DNA from: Candidatus Hodarchaeota archaeon
GTDB lineage: Archaea > Asgardarchaeota > Heimdallarchaeia > Hodarchaeales > Hodarchaeaceae
Direction of reading: 5' to 3'
Length of the DNA stretch: 35,102 nucleotides
NCBI GenBank assembly: GCA_029856365.1
Contig: JAHQWW010000027.1
Span: 1-35,102 of the forward strand
Within the stretch, counting starts at the first letter, position 1, and every line of letters starts with the position of its first letter. Made by a program: the position numbers and the translations under genes. This document shows, one piece after another, positions 27,086 through 35,102 of the stretch. The notes under the pieces are model-generated. The model made no database searches. It was not told where the DNA came from and saw only the letters and a list, made by a program, of their open reading frames with translations.

Positions 27086-29194
27086 GTGACAATTGAAGAA
27101 CAGTTTCCTCTTGCTGCTATCCAACCATTAGCTAAAATAGAATCCCAGAGACGGCAATTCTACCGTCCTATCTATTCCGTACATAAATCTTGGGCTCGGA
27201 GGCCTGGGGCTACTGTTCGAGCAATCGCCCTCGCTCATTTCTGTCGTGAAGTCCTTTTTGACCCTAATCAGTCAGGAAAAGGCGCCTTCTACCAAAATCA
27301 CGATTTTCGGGGTAAAATCGCCCTAGATCCCTTTTGTGGTGGAGGAACTACCATTGTTGAACTTCATCGTCTTGGAATAAAGACAATTGGCATTGATATA
27401 AATCCAATCGCCTGGCTGACGACGAAAAAGGAAATGGATCCTTTTAATGTTGAGCTTTTTGATCAAGAGATTGAGAGGATCTTTCAAAGCGTGGGTCGAC
27501 AAATTAAAACTTATTATAAAACTGTATGTCCAAATTGTGACTCTTCAAATGCAGATATTATGTATGTTTTTTGGGTACGTACAATTTTATGTCCTTCTTG
27601 CCATTCCGAGGAAGATCTATTCAAATATTACATCATTGGTAAGAAACAACGAAAAAGTCCTGCTACAATGGTGATATGTCCAAGTTGTAATAATTTATTT
27701 TATACATGGGAAAAGCTCAATGGGGTATCAATTTGCCCTACGTGTTCTCATGATTTTATTCCCAAATTGGGGAATTGTCGTTTAAAACAGTTCACTTGTA
27801 CAAGTTGTCAGAAAGAATATAGGTTGGTAGAACTACTTCAGCAGTCTGAACATTCTTTATCAGCAAGACAAATAGCTATTGAATTCTTTTGTCAAGGGTG
27901 TGGAACCCGCGATTATAAGCGAGTTAGTGAGAAAGATAGAGATCAATTTATAGAAGTTCAAAGAGAATTCAGGAAAAGAGAGGATGATCTCCAATTTCCC
28001 CGAGAATTATTACCAAAAGAGGGGAAAAACATATTAAACCTAAGAAATTATGGATTCAAGCGATTTTCAGATCTTTTTAATGAAAGACAGTTACTCAGTT
28101 TAAGTCTACTTTTAAAGGCAATATCACAAGTATCAGATCAAAATATCAAAGAATTTCTTCTAACAGCTTTTTCAAGTAGCCTAGAATTTCATACAGTTAT
28201 TTGTCCTTATAATTACACAATGAAACAGATTGTTAATGTCTTTAACTACCAATCTTTTCTAGTTCCAACCATGTATGTGGAAAATAACGTCTGGGGAACT
28301 AAGAAAGGGAATGGAACATTCATTACTTACCTTGAGAGGATAAAGAAAGCAAAAGAATATTGCAAATCACCTTTTGAAATAGCTTTTCAAAATAACACGA
28401 TTGTTCGGATCCCCATTGCCGAAGATAATATTGAGGCTAATTCTGTTGAAACTTTTCAGAAGTTACAAGTAGGTTCTAAAGCTGATACTTTACTTATAGC
28501 TGATACATCAGAAAATCTTCAGAAATTGGGTATTCCTCAGGCTTCTGTTGACATAATAGTAACTGATCCTCCATATTTTGATTATATTCAGTACACTGAA
28601 TTAGCAAATTTTTTCTATGTCTGGTTGAAGATAGTCTTAGCCTGTCAATATTCATTTTTTAGTTCGGATCTCATCTCTATAGATCGAGAAGTGGGGACAT
28701 CACAAGAAAAGGAGAAGTTCCTCAATAAAATAACGAAAATTTTTCAAGAATGCTATAAAGTGTTAAAACCAAAGTCTCCTATGGTTTTTACTTTTCACCA
28801 CTCTAGTGTTACTGCATGGGCAATGATTCTTGAAGCACTAAATAGTAGCCAGTTTCTGATAACCGCAGCATTTCCAGTTCAGAGTGAGTTTTATGCCCGG
28901 CCTGTTAAAGGAAGAAACTTTGACATAATTTTGGTCTGTCGGAAAACACCTACAGGAATTCGTTCAAAAGAATCAAAGGATTGGAAGACCATTGAATTAG
29001 AGATTAAAAATATGGTTGAAGATATTTCGACTTCTTCAATGCAGAACCAGAATGTAGCAACTTGGGAAGAGATTATCTCCATTTTTCTTCCAAAAATTGC
29101 CTTAAAATATACGCAAAATCCTTCAGTACACCTAGAAGGAATCTTAATAAAAATTTTCAATCATCTAAAAGACATAAAAATGCTTTACAAATAA
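27086..29194 (+). CDS. Zn-ribbon adenine-specific DNA methyltransferase (COG1743/DUF1156-like), paralogue A
   Basis: HKSWARRP, LDPFCGGGT, GIDINP, six CxxC pairs, FNERQL, TDPPYFD, FTFHH. Confidence 0.88.
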   Translation: MTIEEQFPLAAIQPLAKIESQRRQFYRPIYSVHKSWARRPGATVRAIALAHFCREVLFDPNQSGKGAFYQNHDFRGKIALDPFCGGGTTIVELHRLGIKTIGIDINPIAWLTTKKEMDPFNVELFDQEIERIFQSVGRQIKTYYKTVCPNCDSSNADIMYVFWVRTILCPSCHSEEDLFKYYIIGKKQRKSPATMVICPSCNNLFYTWEKLNGVSICPTCSHDFIPKLGNCRLKQFTCTSCQKEYRLVELLQQSEHSLSARQIAIEFFCQGCGTRDYKRVSEKDRDQFIEVQREFRKREDDLQFPRELLPKEGKNILNLRNYGFKRFSDLFNERQLLSLSLLLKAISQVSDQNIKEFLLTAFSSSLEFHTVICPYNYTMKQIVNVFNYQSFLVPTMYVENNVWGTKKGNGTFITYLERIKKAKEYCKSPFEIAFQNNTIVRIPIAEDNIEANSVETFQKLQVGSKADTLLIADTSENLQKLGIPQASVDIIVTDPPYFDYIQYTELANFFYVWLKIVLACQYSFFSSDLISIDREVGTSQEKEKFLNKITKIFQECYKVLKPKSPMVFTFHHSSVTAWAMILEALNSSQFLITAAFPVQSEFYARPVKGRNFDIILVCRKTPTGIRSKESKDWKTIELEIKNMVEDISTSSMQNQNVATWEEIISIFLPKIALKYTQNPSVHLEGILIKIFNHLKDIKMLYK

Positions 29195-29254
29195 GAGATT
29201 TTTTAGCTATAACAGAAGAATATTCTTAACAAAACAAATGAGTAAATAATAGAA

Positions 29255-29917
29255 GTGGTTTTTATGACTGGAGAATACTTTGGACAAATATTGAAGGACA
29301 AAGATATCCATAAAAAGGGAACAGAGTTATTCATTAAGCTTGTTGAATCAATAGAAGATGCTTATGATAAATTCGAAAAAGCGTTGAAATCTTGGCGAGG
29401 AGGAGACTTTGAAAGAGGATATGCGTTAAGAGATGAAATAATTCAACTAGAAAAGGATGCAGACGAAGTAAAAGACATTTTCTTTGAAACAATTTTTAAA
29501 AAGAAGACTTATCTCCCTCAAATCACTGAAGAACGCTATAATATGATGTTGAATGCAGATCACCTATTAGATCGTATTGAAAGGGCAGTTCGAATAGTCT
29601 GTATTAAAAAAATTGATGCAAGCTATTTTCCTCAAGAACTCGATCGGATAGTGGACTTAACAGAAGATGTCATAGAAGACTTTGTAGAAGCCAACAAACT
29701 CTTTTTCAGTGACTTTGAAAAAGCATCAAAGCTTACACGTAAGGTAGAAGAGAAAAGGGATGAAGTTCGAGATCTTTTCTATATTGTCTCAGAAAAGATC
29801 GTGAATGACGAACTTCCACGAGGTACAAGTCGAATACTTAACGCTACTACTCGTATTAGTATTGAAGCAGAGCAGGGAACTGATTACTTAAAGGTACTCA
29901 TAGCTAAACACAGTTGA
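29255..29917 (+). CDS. DUF47/PhoU-like phosphate transport regulator
   Basis: All-helical; LEKDADEVK and VEEKRDEVR (E..AD-type repeats); directly upstream of Pit. Confidence 0.85.
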   Translation: MVFMTGEYFGQILKDKDIHKKGTELFIKLVESIEDAYDKFEKALKSWRGGDFERGYALRDEIIQLEKDADEVKDIFFETIFKKKTYLPQITEERYNMMLNADHLLDRIERAVRIVCIKKIDASYFPQELDRIVDLTEDVIEDFVEANKLFFSDFEKASKLTRKVEEKRDEVRDLFYIVSEKIVNDELPRGTSRILNATTRISIEAEQGTDYLKVLIAKHS

Positions 29918-30957
29918 TAGATATTAGGTGTAATACCTTGACTGCACTGATTATTGTAGCTGCTGCCCTTCTCCTTGGTTTCGTTGTTGCTTTCACTATT
30001 GGGGCTAATGATGAAACTATGACCCCTGCTGTCGGTGCTGGTTTGCTATCATTGAGTGTTGCAGTCCTTATTGGTGGTATATTCAATTTTATTGGTGTTT
30101 TCTTTTTAGGAGAGTCCGTATCGAAAACTGTAGGGAAAGGTATATCTACGGCGCCATTAGATTTAGATATGGTATTTGTTATCTTGATTTCAATGGCTCT
30201 TTGGCTGTTTATCGTATCACTAAAAGGAGTCCCAATTAGCTCCACCCAATCAGTTGTTGGAAGTGTATTGGGAGTTATTATAGTGGCATATAATTGGGAT
30301 CCTGCTGCTATAAACTTTAATACGTTATTCGAGGTCGTCGCTAGTTGGGTAATAAGTCCTGTTATTGGTTTGATTGGAGGTTACTTTTTTTATTGGTTAA
30401 TAATAAAAATTCGTCAGTCTATTAAAACTACTGGCTACACTGATTATGAACGACAAGAAAAAATCGCTTCTTATGCATTGGCCATTTTTTTGTTGTTTTC
30501 GGTTTTTTCACGGAGTGGCAATGACGTTGCAAAGGCGATTGGACCATTGATGGCGATTGATTATTTTTCTAATGGAATAGGGTTGATCTATGCTCTTTTC
30601 GCTGGGGGATTTGGAATGTGCCTTGGTGTTATCATACTTGGAAGAAGAGTAGTCAAAAAGTTATCTAGTGACATTGTTGCGCTTAGTCCTACATCTGCAC
30701 TTGCTGCAAGTGTCTCTGTATCTCTGATTATGTTTATCGGAACATTAATGGGAATGCCTTTGTCAGGATCTCATATATTAGTTGCAGCATTCATTGGTGT
30801 CGGTTTCGTAAATAAAGAAAAGGTGGATAAAGAGAGTCTTAAAGAAATAGGAATAAGTTGGGTTATTACAACACCAATATCAGCAATCTTCTCTGCAATT
30901 ATTTTTGTGGTTTTCAACTTGCTGGGAATGTTTTTTGTTGAACTTTATCCCCCCTAA
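29914..30957 (+). CDS. pitA: Inorganic phosphate transporter, PiT/PHO4 family (start probably TTG 29938)
   Basis: GAND, PISSTQSVVG, SWVISP, GNDVAKAIG, PLSGSH, SWVITTP. Confidence 0.93.
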   Translation: MIDIRCNTLTALIIVAAALLLGFVVAFTIGANDETMTPAVGAGLLSLSVAVLIGGIFNFIGVFFLGESVSKTVGKGISTAPLDLDMVFVILISMALWLFIVSLKGVPISSTQSVVGSVLGVIIVAYNWDPAAINFNTLFEVVASWVISPVIGLIGGYFFYWLIIKIRQSIKTTGYTDYERQEKIASYALAIFLLFSVFSRSGNDVAKAIGPLMAIDYFSNGIGLIYALFAGGFGMCLGVIILGRRVVKKLSSDIVALSPTSALAASVSVSLIMFIGTLMGMPLSGSHILVAAFIGVGFVNKEKVDKESLKEIGISWVITTPISAIFSAIIFVVFNLLGMFFVELYPP

Positions 30958-30979
30958 ATGCGATTGATGGAATAGAAGC

Positions 30980-33157
30980 ATGAAACAACATGTAAAAGTA
31001 TCAGAAAAAGCGATCGAAAATTGTTTTCCGTTCACAAAAGTCAGTGAATTAGCTTATAAGGAGAGTAACGCAAAGAGATATTATCGTCCTGTTCTAACGC
31101 TTCATAAATGGTTTGCTCGGCGCTTAAGTTCTGTATTTAGATCTATCATCATTTTTGCATCACTCTCTTCTTCAACAAACAAAGTAGAAGATGACACTGC
31201 TTCAAATAAGGATCATTGTATACTATCTGAGAAGGATTTTTGGAACATCTATCTGCAAGAACATAATTTTCGAAATCTTATCCTATTAGATCCTTTTATG
31301 GGGGGAGGAACAACGATTATTGAAGCCTCACGTTTAGGATTTGGGGGAGTTATTGGAGGAGATTTGAATCCTGTTGCTTGGTTTACAGTGAAAAAAGAGT
31401 TGGAGGAAGTTAGTGTTGATGATCTCCAAATTGAATTCGAGAAACTGTCTTTTAAGCTGAGGACTGAACTTTCCAAATATTATAAGACCCAATGTGGGTA
31501 TTGCTTACAACAAGCGGATGTTATGTATTTTTTCTGGGTGAAAGAAATTCAATGTGATCAATGTACAAAATCTATTCCTCTTTTCCGAAGCTATATATTT
31601 GCAAATAATCGGGACGAAGCCTCTAAAGCTTACTTTCTTTGTCCAAAATGTGAAATAATTTTTCAAGAATCAACCCAAAAGAATCTTCTCTGTCCAGAGT
31701 GTGGCTGGTCTTTTGATCCATTTTCATTTATAGTGAAACGGGGTAAGTATTATTGTTCCCATTGTGGACATACGGCCAAGATAGTGGATATCAATGCAAA
31801 ACAGGGAAGACCTATAGAACGGTTGTATGCTCTTGAGTTTCACTGTTCTGCGTGTAATACCCGTGATTACAAACGAGCTGATGAAAACGATTTCAAACTC
31901 TACCAACAAGCTTCTCATGAATTTGAGTCGATTCGAGAGCAACTACCCCTTCCTCAACAAGCCATTCCCATAGGAGTAAAAACCCAAGAGTTACTTAACC
32001 ATAAAATCCTTTTTTTTACTGATATGTTTAACAGTAGACAGTTATTATCACTAGGAAAACTATTGATGGAGATTCTTCAGATTCAAGACCAAAATTTGAA
32101 AGAATTCTTTCTTATTACGTTTTCAACGGCTCTAGAATACAATAATCTACTTTGTGAGTATCATAGAAAGAACCATTACATATATAATTTATTTCGTAAG
32201 CATGCCTTCCCTGCCACATTGAATCCTGTTGAAAATAATGTTTTTGGTACAGCTAAATACGGTACAGGAACCTTTAAGAACTTCTTTGCTAAAACTATAC
32301 GAATTAAGAAATTCTGTCAGAAACCGTACGAGTATTACCTTTCCGAGGATGGAAATGCTAAACGTCAAGACATGACACGTCCGATCAAGGCCCAAGTAGT
32401 TACTTCTTATTCCGAATTAACGCAAGAACCATCAAGAAATATCTATCTTTATTGCCACTCCTCTCACAAAATTCAAATTCCTCAAAATAGTGTAGATTTG
32501 GTAATAACAGATCCCCCCTATTATGACAATGTTCAGTATGGGGAGTTATCAGATTTTTACTACGTTTGGTTACGCCTTGGTCTTAAAGAGTATTATAAAT
32601 GTTTTCATCCGCCTCTAACTCCTAAGAAACCTGAAATTGTGAAAAATCCTAAAATGGGAAAAGGTGATAAAGATTATCAACGAGGCCTTACAACCGTTTT
32701 TGCAGAAATTAATCGAGTATTGAAAGTAGAAGGACTGTTAATATTCACTTTCCATCATAAGCAATTAAAAGCTTGGGCTTTAATCATAGAAAGTCTTCTA
32801 GATAATCAGTTCTATATCACAGCGGTTTATCCTGTTCGTGCAGAGATGGAAACCAGTACACAGATTCGAGGAAAGAAGAGTATTGAATATGATGTTATCT
32901 TTGTTTGTAGAAAGCGTCTGAGAGAACCAGAAGCTGTTAAATGGGAGGTATTGTTGCCTGAGATTAAACACTACATAAAACAAAAAGTGGGCTCCTTAAC
33001 TTGGAATGGTGAATCATTATCCAAAGAAGATCGATTAGTGGTCATGTTTGGTGTAGGATTGAAACATTATTCTCACCATTATCCCAAAGTCACTTTTAAT
33101 GAAAAACCTTATTCTCTAACTGAAGCTTTGGAAGATCTGGCTTCTTTTTCTAAGTGA
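30980..33157 (+). CDS. Zn-ribbon adenine-specific DNA methyltransferase (COG1743/DUF1156-like), paralogue B
   Basis: HKWFARR, LDPFMGGGT, GGDLNP, six CxxC pairs, FNSRQL, TDPPYYD, FTFHH. Confidence 0.9.
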   Translation: MKQHVKVSEKAIENCFPFTKVSELAYKESNAKRYYRPVLTLHKWFARRLSSVFRSIIIFASLSSSTNKVEDDTASNKDHCILSEKDFWNIYLQEHNFRNLILLDPFMGGGTTIIEASRLGFGGVIGGDLNPVAWFTVKKELEEVSVDDLQIEFEKLSFKLRTELSKYYKTQCGYCLQQADVMYFFWVKEIQCDQCTKSIPLFRSYIFANNRDEASKAYFLCPKCEIIFQESTQKNLLCPECGWSFDPFSFIVKRGKYYCSHCGHTAKIVDINAKQGRPIERLYALEFHCSACNTRDYKRADENDFKLYQQASHEFESIREQLPLPQQAIPIGVKTQELLNHKILFFTDMFNSRQLLSLGKLLMEILQIQDQNLKEFFLITFSTALEYNNLLCEYHRKNHYIYNLFRKHAFPATLNPVENNVFGTAKYGTGTFKNFFAKTIRIKKFCQKPYEYYLSEDGNAKRQDMTRPIKAQVVTSYSELTQEPSRNIYLYCHSSHKIQIPQNSVDLVITDPPYYDNVQYGELSDFYYVWLRLGLKEYYKCFHPPLTPKKPEIVKNPKMGKGDKDYQRGLTTVFAEINRVLKVEGLLIFTFHHKQLKAWALIIESLLDNQFYITAVYPVRAEMETSTQIRGKKSIEYDVIFVCRKRLREPEAVKWEVLLPEIKHYIKQKVGSLTWNGESLSKEDRLVVMFGVGLKHYSHHYPKVTFNEKPYSLTEALEDLASFSK

Positions 33158-33162
33158 TAACG

Positions 33163-33978
33163 TTATTCCTCAATGATGGGGCTTTTTTTATCGTAAATCC
33201 ATCTAGTTAAATACATATAAGGGGTATCGATTAATCCCAGAAACCATTTTGTTATTAGCTGACCAATTATTAGAGTAAAAATAAATTCTACTGTCTCTAC
33301 TTCGATTGAGGCATCAAACATTTTCTGAATAGAGGGTAAAATTAGGAAAGCTAACGGAATAAAGATAATAGAATCTAATCCTAGACTTAAAATATCACTA
33401 AAAACATTTCTTATCCATAAATATTTCCACCACTCATTTCCTGTATATGTTTTCGTGTGAATCCATGAACGAATTTTATCATAAATCCATGCATCAAATC
33501 GTTCACTGATAAGAAAACTGATCCACGAGGCCAAAGTTATTGCAGGAACAATGACAAATGGAACTAAAGGATCATCTCCCGCTGCAGGAAGGGATCTTGC
33601 CAATATTAAAAGAATCACCATAATGATTTGACTGATAAGGGCTATCCAGATCATTTCATACACTGTCTTTCTCCCAAATTTTTCGTTAACCATGTCTGTA
33701 ACCTGAAGAGTAAAAGGGAAAACTATAACTCCAACGGGTGCAAAAATTGGGAGTATACCTACCTCAATCAACCAAGACCCAATAAGAGGTATCGATTCTA
33801 ATCCTAAATCAAATTCTGCAATTTTTGCTGCGAAAAATTGAGCTAATGTCAGAAATAGAATATAAATACCTATTAATGCACGGGGAGAGTCTGATTTCGC
33901 TGTATACCACGCACCAGCATAACTAACAAGTCCCAATATGATGAAAATCCCTATACAAACTATTAATCCTTCCAACAT
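33163..33978 (-). CDS. yhhQ: Queuosine/archaeosine precursor transporter (VUT/YhhQ family)
   Basis: FP.T..VTDMVNEKFG, ASWISFLISE..D..IY, LWIRN..S...LDSIIF, DTPY motifs. Confidence 0.88.
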   Translation of the reverse strand: MLEGLIVCIGIFIILGLVSYAGAWYTAKSDSPRALIGIYILFLTLAQFFAAKIAEFDLGLESIPLIGSWLIEVGILPIFAPVGVIVFPFTLQVTDMVNEKFGRKTVYEMIWIALISQIIMVILLILARSLPAAGDDPLVPFVIVPAITLASWISFLISERFDAWIYDKIRSWIHTKTYTGNEWWKYLWIRNVFSDILSLGLDSIIFIPLAFLILPSIQKMFDASIEVETVEFIFTLIIGQLITKWFLGLIDTPYMYLTRWIYDKKSPIIEE

Positions 33979-34076
33979 CCTTTATCTGTCTCCGTGGTAA
34001 TATTTAAGGGGAATATTTCTAGACTTTTACTTTCTTTTCCCCCTCTTAATGTTATTTACAGAAAGAAATTTCTCAC

Positions 34077-34104
34077 AAAAAAAGAAAGAGGGGGAGTTTC
34101 CTCT
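34077..34104 (-). terminator. Hairpin plus U-tract after the LURP-one-like gene
   Basis: Minus strand AGAGG-aaactccc-CCTCT followed by TTCTTTTTTT, ~20 nt after the stop codon. Confidence 0.5.
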
Positions 34105-34123
34105 AATTAACCAGCTGTTGAAA

Positions 34124-34762
34124 TTATCTTTGTTCCGCAGAATCGAGTAATACGGCTAATGCCACCGCGAATTTTCGATTGAACGTTTGATCGCTATCTG
34201 CAGTCATGTCCAATATATATTTATCTCCAATTGTCATTCTTCGGTTAAATTCTCCTACTTTCACTTCTTCACCATTTTGAATGAAATAAATATCAAATTG
34301 CAATCGGATTAACCAAGCAAACGATTCAATTATCCATCCAATTACGGGAATCCAACCAAATATCCACCGAGTATTCCGTAAAAGACTGATTAGTAAGCTC
34401 CTAGCCTTTACTTTCCCTACTACTTTTCCAGATCCATCCCATATTGTCCAATTCTCTCTGAAGATGCTTGACCAGAAATTTCGTTTTGTTCTTCCGAGAT
34501 TCTGATTAGTCTCATTATCAAGGATATCAAAACTCGCCCAAGCATCAAACGATGAGAGATCTTTTATTGTCATAATCTCTGGGGCGGTTTTGGGGTCACC
34601 TGGAAACACATGCATATGAGTTTTTCGTCCAAATCTGTCTCGTTTTATCCAAAGGAGATCTTGGTCTGTGTCTACATCTTTTATATGGTATGCTTCTTGA
34701 GCTGATAGTAGTCTTCGATGCCTCTGTTGTACACCAAATTTATCCCGGTCAAAAATGCCCAT
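34124..34762 (-). CDS. LURP-one/scramblase (tubby C-terminal-like) family protein
   Basis: Repeated beta-hairpin pattern (Y.I.D...., F.I.D....LG..KR), RRMTIGDKYILD, C-terminal helix AVALAVLLD; GGTGA RBS. Confidence 0.75.
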   Translation of the reverse strand: MGIFDRDKFGVQQRHRRLLSAQEAYHIKDVDTDQDLLWIKRDRFGRKTHMHVFPGDPKTAPEIMTIKDLSSFDAWASFDILDNETNQNLGRTKRNFWSSIFRENWTIWDGSGKVVGKVKARSLLISLLRNTRWIFGWIPVIGWIIESFAWLIRLQFDIYFIQNGEEVKVGEFNRRMTIGDKYILDMTADSDQTFNRKFAVALAVLLDSAEQR

Positions 34763-34919
34763 TTTTACTTCACCTTAATTAATTCAAATCTTTCTAGTGA
34801 TATATAAGAGAAAGACAACAAATCCTTAATAAAGTACACTAGTTAAAAAGTTTCATCATATTTACTAAGAAAATTGAAAAAAAGTGTTGTTTTAAGAATA
34901 GGGTATAAAATGACCTTTT

Positions 34920-35102
34920 TCACTCATTTTCTATATACTTCCCTGCTGCATAGTTTTCAAGATCGATTAATACCTTTTTAGGGATTTCCTTTATTTCAGA
35001 GAGGTGAGTAACTTCGATTCGTAATTCAGATAGTTCTTGTGCCAACTCCTTCATAGCTTCATCAAAATTCTTAATCAAATAAACATCAACTAATTCAGGA
35101 GC
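34920..35102 (-). CDS. 3' end of a hypothetical protein running in from beyond the window
   Basis: Open frame APELVDVYLIKNFDEAMKELAQELSELRIEV...GKYIENE* ending TGA at 34920-34922. Confidence 0.65.
   Translation of the reverse strand, partial: APELVDVYLIKNFDEAMKELAQELSELRIEVTHLSEIKEIPKKVLIDLENYAAGKYIENE

Noticed and set aside
790-32983. Short antisense or overlapping ORFs in the track (e.g. 790-1029, 2902-3165, 3694-4017, 4581-4886, 13198-13394, 15185-15406, 29904-30245, 31249-31476)
   Set aside because: Shadows of well-supported genes on another strand or frame, with no recognisable motifs
27086-33157. BREX or DUF499/SNF2 restriction-like defence system
   Set aside because: No PglZ, BrxC/DUF499 ATPase, helicase or nuclease gene in the window
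24752-33978. 7-deazaguanine (Dpd) or phosphorothioate (Dnd/Ssp) DNA modification suggested by yhhQ and Pit next to DNA-modifying genes
   Set aside because: No DpdA/TGT, Que or Dnd/Ssp genes in the window; yhhQ is convergent and is explained by archaeosine precursor salvage
34077-34104. Canonical preQ1-I riboswitch
   Set aside because: The AGAGG/CCUCU stem resembles it, but the loop consensus and A-rich 3' tail are absent and a U-tract follows instead
1-35102. CRISPR array, tRNA, rRNA, IS element or integrase
   Set aside because: No regularly spaced repeats, cloverleaf, transposase or recombinase motifs seen by eye

Overview
AT-rich archaeal chromosomal segment with GGTGA/GGAG Shine-Dalgarno motifs and TTTATAA-type TATA boxes. 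Gene content (divergent Arf-like small GTPase, C-type lectin, PGF-CTERM-like surface protein, COG1107 RecJ-like nuclease) suggests an Asgard archaeon, probably Heimdallarchaeia; this is an inference. About 30 genes; I found no rRNA, tRNA, CRISPR array or transposase. Main observations: (1) four DNA methyltransferases and no recognisable restriction endonuclease, three of them in one co-directional run (gamma-type N6-MTase, then a Zn-ribbon COG1743/DUF1156-like MTase, DUF47 and Pit phosphate transporter, then a second COG1743 paralogue); (2) a TrmB-like regulator overlapping a non-canonical Arf-like GTPase; (3) a promoter-driven GC-rich hairpin with no long ORF at ~265-310, a candidate sRNA; (4) nine in-frame stop codons in six loci (surface protein, EEP nuclease, trmO, Zn-ribbon-PspC, MTase N-terminus, DinB-like); (5) two diverged copies of one protein C-terminus flanking a membrane-anchored Ntn hydrolase; (6) features missed by the ORF track, including a 57-aa MobB-C-like protein and an EEP pseudogene. 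All family calls come from motif recognition; no searches were run.
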